Assembly: GCA_963922315.1 (NCBI GenBank) | Contig: CAWUID010000002.1 | Coordinates: 9,546-73,545, forward strand | Direction of reading: 5' to 3' | DNA from: an uncultured Gammaproteobacteria bacterium | GTDB lineage: Bacteria > Pseudomonadota > Gammaproteobacteria > Chromatiales > Chromatiaceae | Length of the DNA: 64,000 bases | Shown here: positions 55,086-64,000 of the stretch, in pieces | How positions within the stretch are numbered: the first letter of the stretch is position 1 | Layout of the letters: each line of letters starts with the position of its first letter | Made by a program: the position numbers and the translations under genes | The notes under the pieces: model-generated | What the model saw: only the letters and a program-made list of their open reading frames with translations | Database searches by the model: none | Told to the model about the DNA's origin: nothing

Positions 55086-55355
55086 TTAATAGTCGTCTAA
55101 TGACTCAGCGCCTGACCCATTCCGCGTATACAAAAACTGCTCGGTAGGAATGTTGTAAGCTGGTACTACTGTTGAGATCGCATGTTTGTAAATGATCTGA
55201 CTTGTGTGGCTTTTCAGCAGTATGACAAATTGATCAAACGACTCAATAGTGCCTTGCAGTTTAATTCCGTTGACCAGAAAGATGGATACCGGAATATGTT
55301 CTTTACGCAGTGCGTTAAGGAATGGATCCTGAAGATTGTGCCCTTTATGGGGCAT
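55086..55355 (-). CDS. hfq: RNA chaperone Hfq
   Basis: [28 protein letters not shown]...[10 protein letters not shown]. 89 aa. Confidence 0.97.
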   Translation of the reverse strand: MPHKGHNLQDPFLNALRKEHIPVSIFLVNGIKLQGTIESFDQFVILLKSHTSQIIYKHAISTVVPAYNIPTEQFLYTRNGSGAESLDDY

Positions 55356-55506
55356 TATGACGACTCCTGAAAATTCTGGTTAAAAATACCCTTCGGGGAT
55401 GAGACATACTATACACCATAGATGAGGGCCACTATGTGGTGACGTTTGTCCGCTTTTACAATCCCAAGTCTACAGAAAACCTCCGGTTTTTTGCTGCCAT
55501 GACAGA

Positions 55507-56430
55507 TCAGCCATCGCTGAACCGGCGTATCAGACTCAGTGCACAGTGTAGCTGAACAGTTTCGGTTTCCGGTAACCAATATGCTGTTTTATCGGTACGT
55601 AACCAGGTAAGCTGACGTTTCGCCAGTTGCCGTGTTGCTGCTTCACTACGTGCGATCATGTCAGAGCGGCTGCTGTTACCAGTCATCCAGGCCCATATCT
55701 GACGGTATCCGACTGCACGCAAGGCCGGGAGTTCAGAGTGCAGCTCGGGACGTGTCATTAATTCCGCGACCTCTTGTTCCAGGCCAAGCGCCAACATGTG
55801 TGCGAACCGCTGATGGATACGCTGATGCAGAGCCTCGCGCTGAGCAGGCGCACAAATCAGAGTCAGTAATCGATAGGGCATGCAAGAAGTCTGCTGCATC
55901 TGCAATACGCTCAGTGGCGTCTTTGTTTTATACCAGACTTCCAGAGCACGTAATATACGTTGGCTGTCCTGCACCCGCGTTGCGGTCACAGGATCTACTT
56001 GTGCCAATTCAGCTTGTAAGGCTGCCAGGCCTTGAGTTTGTAACCGTTGTTGCAGTTCTGCTCGTAGCACCGGGTCAGCTGCTGGCAGAGGCGATAATCC
56101 CTCACGTAACGCTCGGAAGTATAAGTTGGTGCCACCGACTAATAGTGGGATATGGCCGCGCCGGGTGATGTTCGTCATGCAGCTAAGCGCGTCCTGCCGG
56201 AATTGTGCGGCCGAATAGGTTTCCGGAATGTCTCGGATATCAATCAGATGGTGCGGCACTTGCGCCAGTTCTGTCGGTGTGGGTTTGCCAGTGCCGATAT
56301 CCATGCCACGATATACCAGCGCAGAATCCACGCTGATTAATTCAATCGGAAGATGACGATATAACTGCATCGCCAGCTGGGTCTTGCCAGATGCAGTCGG
56401 ACCTGTCAGGAAAATTGCCGGAGGATTCAT
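55507..56430 (-). CDS. miaA: tRNA dimethylallyltransferase
   Basis: GPTASGKTQLA P-loop. 307 aa. ATGA overlap with mutL. Confidence 0.95.
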   Translation of the reverse strand: MNPPAIFLTGPTASGKTQLAMQLYRHLPIELISVDSALVYRGMDIGTGKPTPTELAQVPHHLIDIRDIPETYSAAQFRQDALSCMTNITRRGHIPLLVGGTNLYFRALREGLSPLPAADPVLRAELQQRLQTQGLAALQAELAQVDPVTATRVQDSQRILRALEVWYKTKTPLSVLQMQQTSCMPYRLLTLICAPAQREALHQRIHQRFAHMLALGLEQEVAELMTRPELHSELPALRAVGYRQIWAWMTGNSSRSDMIARSEAATRQLAKRQLTWLRTDKTAYWLPETETVQLHCALSLIRRFSDG

Positions 56431-58229
56431 CTGCCGCGCAGAAACAATTTATCCAGCGCTTGCATAGATACTTGCGTCCAGGTTGGGCGCCCATGATTGC
56501 ATTGTCCGGCACGCTCAGTGGTTTCAATGTCACGTAACAAGGCATTCATCTCAGCTATGGTGAGTTGCCGGTTTGCCCGCACTGAGGAATGACAGGCGAT
56601 GGTTGATAGTACCTGGTTCATGTCAGCTTGTAATCGATCTGTATGCCCTTGTGTACTCAAATCTGCAAGCAGGTCTCGCAACAGCTTTTCTGCATCGGCA
56701 TCGCGTAATACAGCCGGTAGGGCCCGTACTACCAGGCTTTGCTCATCAATCTGGTCGACTGCCAGGCCCAGTGTGTTGAAAGTTGCTTGGTATTGCTCAG
56801 CCAGGTCAGCTTCGCGGGTGCTGACGGTGACTGTGACAGGTACCAGCAAGGGTTGTGATGGGATGTCTGAGGTTGCTCTGGCTTGTTTCAGGCGTTCGTA
56901 GGTAATGCGCTCATGTGCCGCATGCATATCCACCAGAATCAGGCCCTGCGCATTCTGCGCCAGAATGTACACACCGTGCAGCTGTGCCAGAGCAAAGCCA
57001 AGCGGAGGCGTGGTTACGGAGGCGGCGGGCGTCATAGCCGGCTCAGCCTGGGACATTCTGGTTGCTGGTTGGGATATCTCAGGTGAGGGTGCTGGTGAGG
57101 CCGGTGTACCAGGCTTTTGCCAGTCTAATGTTGCCTGATAGGCCGCTCTTTTCGGTTCACGCACCTGCCAGTCAGGTGGTGGTGGGGTTACGGCAGGAAT
57201 TTCAGTGGTTTGTCTGGTTGGTGCGTCAGGTTGCGGGCGTTCATCGGCCAGCGCCTGATGCAGGGTGCGAAAGATAAAATCATGTACTAACCGGCTTTCA
57301 CGAAAACGGACTTCTTGCTTTGTTGGGTGCACATTCACATCCACCCAGGCTGGATCCAGAGTCAGAAACAACACATACGCCGGGTGTCGTCCCTGATACA
57401 ACACATCCTGAAACGCTTGGCGTATTGCGTGACTGATCACCTTATCCCGCACCAGGCGTTGATTCACGAAAAAGTATTGCATATCGGCCTGACTGCGTGA
57501 AAAAGTAGCGCGTGCCAGCCAGCCGTGCAGCCGCAGACCAGCTGCTGACCGGTCCAGTTGCAAAGACTGTGCGACAAACTGCTCACCAAGCAGCTCTGTC
57601 AGGCGCTGGTTGCGTGTTGCCTCATTCGTAGCGGCTTCAGCGCGGAATACTGGCCTGCCGTTATGTTGCAGCACGAAGCCAACATCGGGTCGGGCGACAG
57701 CAAAACGGCGTAACATTTGTTCGATATGACCAAACTCAGTACGTTCGGTCTTTAAAAATTTACGCCTCGCCGGGATGTTATAAAATAAGTCACAGACTTC
57801 AATGGTTGTGCCGGTCGGGTGAGCCGCAGGTTTTGGCTCACTTGCATCTGATGTGACTTGCCATGCATGATCTGTAGCCTGCTCACGAGAGGTCAGCGTC
57901 AGACGCGAGACAGCAGCGATGCTGGGTAAGGCTTCGCCACGAAAACCCATGCTATTGATGTGTTCCAGATCTTCGAGTGAAGCCACCTTGCTGGTTGCGT
58001 GACGTGCCAGTGCCAATGTCAGATCCTCCTGATACAGGCCATGGCCGTTGTCACGTACGCGCATGAGTTTAATCCCACCCTGCTGCACAGCGACATCAAT
58101 CTGATCTGCACCCGCATCTAAACTGTTTTCAACCAGTTCCTTAATCACTGCGGCTGGCCGTTCGACGACTTCGCCAGCGGCAATCTGATTGATCAGCAGA
58201 GAGGGCAAGGTATGAATACGATTAGGCAT
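56427..58229 (-). CDS. mutL: DNA mismatch repair endonuclease/ATPase MutL
   Basis: LINQIAAGEVVERPAAVIKELVENSLDAGA, a proline-rich linker, and the C-terminal dimerisation domain. 600 aa. Confidence 0.95.
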   Translation of the reverse strand: MPNRIHTLPSLLINQIAAGEVVERPAAVIKELVENSLDAGADQIDVAVQQGGIKLMRVRDNGHGLYQEDLTLALARHATSKVASLEDLEHINSMGFRGEALPSIAAVSRLTLTSREQATDHAWQVTSDASEPKPAAHPTGTTIEVCDLFYNIPARRKFLKTERTEFGHIEQMLRRFAVARPDVGFVLQHNGRPVFRAEAATNEATRNQRLTELLGEQFVAQSLQLDRSAAGLRLHGWLARATFSRSQADMQYFFVNQRLVRDKVISHAIRQAFQDVLYQGRHPAYVLFLTLDPAWVDVNVHPTKQEVRFRESRLVHDFIFRTLHQALADERPQPDAPTRQTTEIPAVTPPPPDWQVREPKRAAYQATLDWQKPGTPASPAPSPEISQPATRMSQAEPAMTPAASVTTPPLGFALAQLHGVYILAQNAQGLILVDMHAAHERITYERLKQARATSDIPSQPLLVPVTVTVSTREADLAEQYQATFNTLGLAVDQIDEQSLVVRALPAVLRDADAEKLLRDLLADLSTQGHTDRLQADMNQVLSTIACHSSVRANRQLTIAEMNALLRDIETTERAGQCNHGRPTWTQVSMQALDKLFLRGR

Positions 58230-58260
58230 AACACACTACATTACAAAGGTTATATCAAGC

Positions 58261-58848
58261 GTGTCGATATTCTCTTCACTCTATGACCGGGTACTCACCT
58301 GGTCGCGTCATCCGAAAGCATCATGGGCGCTGGCTGGTGTCAGCTTCGCAGAATCTTCTTTTTTTCTTGTTCCGCCGGATGTGATGCTGATGCCGATGAG
58401 TCTGGCACAACCACATCGAGCATTTTTTTTCGCCACTCTTACAACAGTCATGTCGGTCCTCGGCGGTATCCTGGGTTACTTCGTTGGGTTATGGGCACTG
58501 GACTGGATACTGCCCTTGCTGGAAGGCCGCTATGCTGAACATTACCAGCAGGTTCAGGCCTGGTTTGCTGACTGGGGTTTTTGGGCAATCCTGATTGCAG
58601 GATTTTCGCCAGTACCTTACAAGCTGTTTACCATCGCGGCAGGAGCGATGTATATGGCATTTCTGCCGTTTGTCCTGGCCTCCTGTGTCGGGCGTGGAGC
58701 ACGTTTTTACCTGGTTGCTTCGTTAATGGCCTGGGGTGGTGCCAGTCTGGAACACAAACTGCGCCAGTGGGTTGACCGGATCGGTTGGTTTCTGGTTTCT
58801 GTCATCTTACTGTGGCTCATCATACGGTATTTTAGTCCTGGTCATTAA
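58261..58848 (+). CDS. YqaA/DedA-type (SNARE-associated) membrane protein
   Basis: 195 aa. FAESSFFLVPPDVMLMPM motif and 4-5 TM helices. Confidence 0.78.
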   Translation: MSIFSSLYDRVLTWSRHPKASWALAGVSFAESSFFLVPPDVMLMPMSLAQPHRAFFFATLTTVMSVLGGILGYFVGLWALDWILPLLEGRYAEHYQQVQAWFADWGFWAILIAGFSPVPYKLFTIAAGAMYMAFLPFVLASCVGRGARFYLVASLMAWGGASLEHKLRQWVDRIGWFLVSVILLWLIIRYFSPGH

Positions 58849-58888
58849 AACTATCACTATCAGCCTCTCAGTGAAGGCAAATACAACA

Positions 58889-58918
58889 TTGTAAGCAGGC
58901 AAGTAAAAAGCATATAAT
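58889..58918 (+). promoter_or_regulatory. Candidate sigma70 promoter for leuCDB
   Basis: TTGTAA (58889-58894), an 18-nt spacer, then TATAAT (58913-58918). It lies 11 nt before ATG 58929, so it fits better if the real leuC start is ATG 58953. Confidence 0.3.
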
Positions 58919-58928
58919 CAACAGAATT

Positions 58929-60356
58929 ATGAGCATTATTTCAGGTAGCGACATGACCGCCAGAACCTTGTACGACAAATTATGGGACGCCCATGTTGTT
59001 CGTACTGAAGCAGACGGTACCAGCCTGTTATACATTGACCGCCATTTATTGCATGAAGTGACTTCACCGCAGGCATTTGCTGGTCTTGAGCTGGCAGGTC
59101 GTAAGCCGTGGCGTGTGAGTGCAAATCTGGCGACACCGGATCACAATGTGCCGACGACGACACGTGATATGTCAACTGCCGAGCCTACCTCGCAGTTGCA
59201 GGTTGCTACATTGGATAAAAATTGTGCAACCTATGGTATTACCGAATTTACTCTGGACGATATCCGACAGGGTATTGTGCATGTCGTCGGGCCGGAACAA
59301 GGAGCAACGCTTCCTGGTATGACAATTGTGTGTGGTGATTCGCACACCTCGACACATGGTGCGTTCGCCGCACTGGCACAAGGCATCGGCACCTCCGAAG
59401 TAGAGCACGTGCTGGCTACGCAATGCCTGATTCAGAAAAAATCCCGCACAATGCAGATCATCGTGGATGGACCTGTTTCATCTGGCGTCACTGCGAAAGA
59501 CATTGTGCTGGCAGTAATCGGCCATATTGGTACTGCGGGTGGTACCGGGCATGTGATTGAGTTTGCCGGACAAGGTATTACTGACCTCTCTATGGAAGGC
59601 CGTATGACAGTCTGTAATATGACAATAGAGGCTGGCGCTCGTGCCGGGTTGATCGCAGTTGACGATGTCACCCTGGACTATGTAAAGGGGCGGCCTTATG
59701 CCCCTGCGGGCAAACGCTGGGCGCAGGCAGTAGCAGAATGGCGTACGCTGCATACAGACTCTGGTGCTGTGTTTGATAAAAGCATAACCTTGTCCGGGGC
59801 AGCAATACAGCCACAAGTTACCTGGGGAACTTCGCCGGAAATGGTAACAGCCATTGACGGGAAAGTGCCGGATCCCGCAGACGCAGAGTTTGCCGAGCAG
59901 GCAGATGCCTGGCGGGATGCGCTGAACTATATGGGTTTGCAACCAGGCACAACGATAACGGATATCGCACTGGATAAAATTTTTATTGGTTCCTGTACCA
60001 ATGCCCGGATTGAAGATCTGCGTGCAGCGGCTGCGGTTGTCTCCGGGAAAAAAGTTGCGAACTCTATTCAGGAAGCACTAGTGGTTCCTGGTTCCGGGCT
60101 GGTGAAACGACAAGCAGAAGCAGAAGGACTTGACCGTGTTTTTACCGAGGCTGGTTTTGCCTGGCGGGAGCCTGGATGTTCCATGTGCCTGGCGATGAAC
60201 CCCGACCGTCTGGGGCCAGGTGAACGCTGTGCTGCGACGTCAAACCGAAATTTTGAGGGCCGTCAGGGCCAGGGGGGGCGTACCCACCTGGTGAGTCCGG
60301 CGATGGCTGCTGCTGCTGCAATTGCCGGTCATTTTGTCGATGTCCGGGAATTTTAA
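58929..60356 (+). CDS. leuC: 3-isopropylmalate dehydratase large subunit
   Basis: [24 protein letters not shown] and GCSMCLAMN Fe-S ligand motifs. The alternative start ATG 58953 ([11 protein letters not shown]) matches orthologues. Confidence 0.96.
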   Translation: MSIISGSDMTARTLYDKLWDAHVVRTEADGTSLLYIDRHLLHEVTSPQAFAGLELAGRKPWRVSANLATPDHNVPTTTRDMSTAEPTSQLQVATLDKNCATYGITEFTLDDIRQGIVHVVGPEQGATLPGMTIVCGDSHTSTHGAFAALAQGIGTSEVEHVLATQCLIQKKSRTMQIIVDGPVSSGVTAKDIVLAVIGHIGTAGGTGHVIEFAGQGITDLSMEGRMTVCNMTIEAGARAGLIAVDDVTLDYVKGRPYAPAGKRWAQAVAEWRTLHTDSGAVFDKSITLSGAAIQPQVTWGTSPEMVTAIDGKVPDPADAEFAEQADAWRDALNYMGLQPGTTITDIALDKIFIGSCTNARIEDLRAAAAVVSGKKVANSIQEALVVPGSGLVKRQAEAEGLDRVFTEAGFAWREPGCSMCLAMNPDRLGPGERCAATSNRNFEGRQGQGGRTHLVSPAMAAAAAIAGHFVDVREF

Positions 60357-61001
60357 GTGGAAAAATTCTCGTCTCTCAGCAGCATTGTCTGTCCTCTTCC
60401 CCGGGCTAATGTTGATACAGATGCCATTATCCCGAAACAATTCCTGAAATCTATTCAGCGTACAGGGTTCGGGCCTAACTTGTTTGACGCCTGGCGCTAT
60501 CTGGATGAAGGGCAGCCAGGGATGGATAATAGCCGGCGCCCGGTCAATCCGGATTTTGTATTGAATGATGCGCGTTATCAGGGTGCGCAGATTTTACTTG
60601 CTGGCGGTAACTTCGGGTGTGGCAGCTCACGTGAACATGCTCCCTGGGCGCTGATGGATTATGGGTTCCGCGCGATTATCGCGAGTAGCTTTGCCGATAT
60701 CTTTCATCAGAACTGCTTCAGGAATGGTATTTTACCCATCACATTAGATGAACAGGAAATCGCAGCGCTGTTTGCACTGGCTCAGGCTGCGCAGCCACTG
60801 AATCTGACGATTGATTTGCAAAATGAGCAGATACACCTGCCTGAGGGTGATCAGATAAGCTTTGTGACTGACTCATTCCGTCGTCAGTGTTTATTGAATG
60901 GTTTCGACGATATTGATCTGACATTACAACATCAAGCAGAAATTACTGCCTACGAAGCACACCGCCAGAAGACAGCACCCTGGTTGTTTGCAGTTGGTTA
61001 A
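60357..61001 (+). CDS. leuD: 3-isopropylmalate dehydratase small subunit
   Basis: [17 protein letters not shown] motif. The GTG start abuts the leuC stop. Confidence 0.95.
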   Translation: MEKFSSLSSIVCPLPRANVDTDAIIPKQFLKSIQRTGFGPNLFDAWRYLDEGQPGMDNSRRPVNPDFVLNDARYQGAQILLAGGNFGCGSSREHAPWALMDYGFRAIIASSFADIFHQNCFRNGILPITLDEQEIAALFALAQAAQPLNLTIDLQNEQIHLPEGDQISFVTDSFRRQCLLNGFDDIDLTLQHQAEITAYEAHRQKTAPWLFAVG

Positions 61002-61013
61002 AGAGCACTGATT

Positions 61014-62102
61014 TTGGCAAAACATATTCTTATTCTGCCTGGTGATGGCATTGGTCCTGAAATTATTGCTGAAGCCAGGAAGGTACTGGATGTTCTGATC
61101 GAGCAAGGTTTGGAGCTTAGCTTCAGCGAAGGTCTGATTGGTGGGGCAGCTTATGAAGCTACCGGTACGCCACTGCCGGATACCACCCTGACAGACGCGA
61201 GACAGGCAGATGCGGTTTTATTGGGCGCGGTCGGTGGGCCTGTATGGGAGTCACTACCAATGCACCTGCGCCCGGAAAAAGGATTGCTGGGGTTGCGTGC
61301 TGAGTTAGAGCTATTTGCGAATCTGCGCCCAGCAGTATTGGCACCGCAGCTAGCAGCGGCTTCGACTTTGAAGTCTGAGGTTGTTTCCGGCTTAGACATC
61401 ATGATTGTGCGTGAACTGACTGGTGGCATCTATTTTGGTCAGCCGCGCGGCATTCGTACCCGGGATGATGGTCAGCGCGAAGGCTTTAACACGCTGATAT
61501 ATGCCGAACATGAGATTGAACGAATTGTGCGAACTGCCTGTGACGTTGCTTCAAAGCGTGATGGTCGGGTTTGCTCCGTTGATAAAGCGAACGTGCTGGA
61601 ATGCACAGAATTATGGCGTGAAGTTGCCACACGCGTCGTGCATGACGATTATCCCGAGATTGCACTGAGCCATTTGTATGTAGATAATGCCGCAATGCAG
61701 TTGGTGAAAGCGCCAAAACAATTTGATGTGATCGTCACCAGCAACCTGTTTGGTGATATTCTTTCCGATTGTGCTGCAATGTTGACCGGTTCAATTGGCA
61801 TGTTGGGTTCAGCGTCTCTGAACGCAGCAGGTCAGGGTATGTATGAACCCATTCATGGTTCTGCTCCGGATATTGCCGGGCGCGACATTGCCAACCCACT
61901 AGCCACCTTATTGTCTGTAGCTATGATGCTACGCTATAGTCTGTCTGAAACACAGGCAGCTCAGCGTATTGAAGCATCCGTAGATGCCGTTCTGGATGCT
62001 GGTTTACGCACGCCGGACATTATGTCGTCAGGGATGACTGAAGTGAGTTGTCAGGCTATGGGTGATGCTGTCGCTCAACATTTGTATTCAGGAAATGTGT
62101 AA
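61014..62102 (+). CDS. leuB: 3-isopropylmalate dehydrogenase
   Basis: [24 protein letters not shown] and NLFGDILSD motifs. TTG start. Confidence 0.96.
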   Translation: MAKHILILPGDGIGPEIIAEARKVLDVLIEQGLELSFSEGLIGGAAYEATGTPLPDTTLTDARQADAVLLGAVGGPVWESLPMHLRPEKGLLGLRAELELFANLRPAVLAPQLAAASTLKSEVVSGLDIMIVRELTGGIYFGQPRGIRTRDDGQREGFNTLIYAEHEIERIVRTACDVASKRDGRVCSVDKANVLECTELWREVATRVVHDDYPEIALSHLYVDNAAMQLVKAPKQFDVIVTSNLFGDILSDCAAMLTGSIGMLGSASLNAAGQGMYEPIHGSAPDIAGRDIANPLATLLSVAMMLRYSLSETQAAQRIEASVDAVLDAGLRTPDIMSSGMTEVSCQAMGDAVAQHLYSGNV

Positions 62103-62209
62103 GCCTGACCACATTATTATAATTTGACTGGCTGCACCGTTTTTAACTCAGGGCTTCTGATATTGCCTGAAGCTCCGCACTATTTTGAAATCAGGTTTCA
62201 GGAGGTCGT

Positions 62210-63361
62210 ATGAAATCGCTACGTAATGCAGCGCTGGCTGCCACTCTGCCTTTCTTATTACACGCCTGCTCAAAGAGCTCGGCAGGTCTGGTGACAGCTT
62301 ATGTTGCAAAAGGGCCGGTGACCGGCGCCCAATGCGAGCTACGTCGGGCCGCTAATGACACTGTAGTGGCAGGTCCTGTTGAAAGTGAGGCCGGTCAGGT
62401 TTCCTTCGGGGTATTGAATTATCATGGTCTGGCATATGTCGCCTGTCAGGGCGGGACTTATCGCGATGAAGTGAGCGGACACGAACTGAGTCTCAGGCAA
62501 GGAACATTGCGTGCGGCAAAGATGGTTTCAGGTGCAGCCCACTTTGTTATTACGCCAGTTACCGAAATTGCTGTAAAACGTGCGCTCGCCGCGAGCGGGA
62601 AAAATGTGCTGGAAGAGAAACATGTTGCCCAGGCTAATCAGGCAACTGCAGACTATTTCGGGCTAAGTCGCATCGACATTGTGACGGATAATCCAACTGA
62701 TGTGACTGAACAGGCTGTAAATAACACGCCAGAAGGATGGTACGGTGCAGTATTAGCCAGTCTGTCCGGGATGTTATTCAAAGAATCTGGTCTGGCGCAG
62801 TTACCAATTGCTGACTCATCAGTCATTGATGTTGCGATACCGCTGGATGTTATGACGAGTCGTCTGTCTGATCCTGCAAACAATGAAGCTTCGCTTGATG
62901 GTTTGAGCTCGCAACTCCATGACCTGGCGAAACCTGGCACAGTGCCTAATCCAGTGCCATACGACGTTTTAGCTGGCATCTTAGGCGGCATTGGTAATGA
63001 TAAAACAGACAATGCTCCTGGTGTTATGCCTGATGATGACTTGTTTGTATTTTCGGTAACACCTGATACAGTGGCGATGCATGGCGGTGTGTCTGTTGAT
63101 GTAGTAGGCGGCGGCTTTGAGGATCCTGTGCAGGTTTATATTGAAGGAGAACTAGTGCCTGCTGTTACCATTCACTCCAATCAGCATTTAAGCCTGGAAA
63201 CTTACCCAATTCCTTATAATTTTGAGAGCGAGGGTACCACATTAGATTTAACTATAGAGCAAGGCGATAAAAAATACACGCTAACGGACGCTTTCACCGT
63301 ATCGTGCGTTTATAATAATTGTAACCCTCGTTCAAATGTGGCGGAAGGCTGTCCTTTATAG
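62210..63361 (+). CDS. Hypothetical lipoprotein with a C-terminal Ig-like (IPT/TIG-like) domain
   Basis: Lipobox LPFLLHAC|S. The C-terminal 100 aa or so (FSVTPDTVAMHGGVSVDVVGGGF..VQVYIEGELVPAV) resembles IPT/TIG. AGGAGG Shine-Dalgarno. Confidence 0.55.
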   Translation: MKSLRNAALAATLPFLLHACSKSSAGLVTAYVAKGPVTGAQCELRRAANDTVVAGPVESEAGQVSFGVLNYHGLAYVACQGGTYRDEVSGHELSLRQGTLRAAKMVSGAAHFVITPVTEIAVKRALAASGKNVLEEKHVAQANQATADYFGLSRIDIVTDNPTDVTEQAVNNTPEGWYGAVLASLSGMLFKESGLAQLPIADSSVIDVAIPLDVMTSRLSDPANNEASLDGLSSQLHDLAKPGTVPNPVPYDVLAGILGGIGNDKTDNAPGVMPDDDLFVFSVTPDTVAMHGGVSVDVVGGGFEDPVQVYIEGELVPAVTIHSNQHLSLETYPIPYNFESEGTTLDLTIEQGDKKYTLTDAFTVSCVYNNCNPRSNVAEGCPL

Positions 63362-63384
63362 ACAGTCGCTGTATCCAACACCTT

Positions 63385-63419
63385 AAAGCTGCTGGAAATA
63401 CCTTTCAGCAGCTTTTTTT
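63385..63419 (+). terminator. Rho-independent terminator after the lipoprotein gene (between convergent genes)
   Basis: AAAGCTGCTG (63385-63394) pairs with CAGCAGCTTT (63406-63415), a 10-bp perfect stem extendable to 13 bp. A T run follows (63413-63419). Confidence 0.7.
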
Positions 63420-63452
63420 GTGTTGTTTTTATGTGATGCATTAATTTCATCG

Positions 63453-64000
63453 TTAAAAAATCTGCTTTATATTTTTGATCTGGTCGCGTATTTTTGCTGC
63501 TTCCTCAAACTTCAGTTCACGTGACAGAGTATACATCTCTTTTTCCAGCTGTTTGATTTCTTTCAGTGCCGTTAGCGGGTCTGTCAGGTTTGTTGATTTA
63601 TTGACTTCTGTCAACGGATCCTGATGTTTTCTGTTTGATCGATCGCCGGGCATTTTAGTTTCTAAGATATCAGCAACACTTTTCTGCACAGTCCTGGGGA
63701 TGATTCCTTGCGCGGTGTTGAAAGCAGATTGTTTATCCCGTCTGCGTTGTGTTTCATCTATTGCACGTTGCATAGAGCGTGTTATGTTGTCGCCATATAA
63801 AATCGCTTTACCTTTTGCATTGCGTGCTGCGCGTCCAATGGTTTGAATCAGAGCAGACTCTGAACGTAAAAAACCTTCTTTATCTGCATCCAGAATTGCC
63901 ACCAGGGACACTTCTGGCATATCCAGACCTTCACGCAGCAGATTGATACCAATTAGAACGTCAAATACACCGAGGCGTAAGTCACGGATAATTTCCACCC
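63453..64000 (-). CDS. uvrB: Excinuclease ABC subunit B, C-terminal part (gene continues beyond the window)
   Basis: [36 protein letters not shown], and a C-terminal UVR domain ([14 protein letters not shown]). The frame is open to the window edge. Confidence 0.93.
   Translation of the reverse strand, partial: VEIIRDLRLGVFDVLIGINLLREGLDMPEVSLVAILDADKEGFLRSESALIQTIGRAARNAKGKAILYGDNITRSMQRAIDETQRRRDKQSAFNTAQGIIPRTVQKSVADILETKMPGDRSNRKHQDPLTEVNKSTNLTDPLTALKEIKQLEKEMYTLSRELKFEEAAKIRDQIKNIKQIF

Overview
This is a 64-kb stretch of a gammaproteobacterial chromosome. The proteins align motif-for-motif with E. coli and Pseudomonas orthologues. It is almost fully coding, with about 70 CDS and one tRNA. 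Most genes are housekeeping: orn, yciB-lapA-lapB, guaB, leuA, a family-4 UDG, tldD, tRNA-Phe, hemF, dnaA, hemE, rsmD-coaD, ggt, pfk, dapD-arsC-dapE, trxA-prlC-dnaN-recF-gyrB, rplM-rpsI, xseB-ispA, parE, trkA-trkH, djlA, mutL-miaA-hfq-hflX, leuCDB and uvrB.

Accessory content:
1. A four-gene operon for a Sec-exported, Cys-repeat RiPP metallophore (HvfA/bufferin-like precursor, DUF692 MNIO enzyme, DUF2063 partner, DoxX). It is transcribed divergently from an Fe(3+) ABC importer across a Fur-box-like palindrome. This is my best candidate for the interesting system.
2. Three toxin-antitoxin loci: parDE, hipBA, and an RHH antitoxin followed by an 8-codon mazF stump.
3. An orphan TpsA/FhaB-like exoprotein and an Rpn-like nuclease gene split by a MITE.
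4. Three short repeat families. Two are MITE-like. The third is a 118-nt three-hairpin element whose stems carry compensatory substitutions.

Genome-architecture oddities:
- A low-GC block (about 7.5-13.3 kb) carries essential genes, including dnaA.
- dnaA has no canonical start codon, is followed by a DnaA-box cluster, and lies 21 kb from dnaN-recF-gyrB.

Limits: all calls come from reading the translations and DNA by eye. No database search, folding or statistics were run. Start codons and repeat boundaries are approximate (a few nt).
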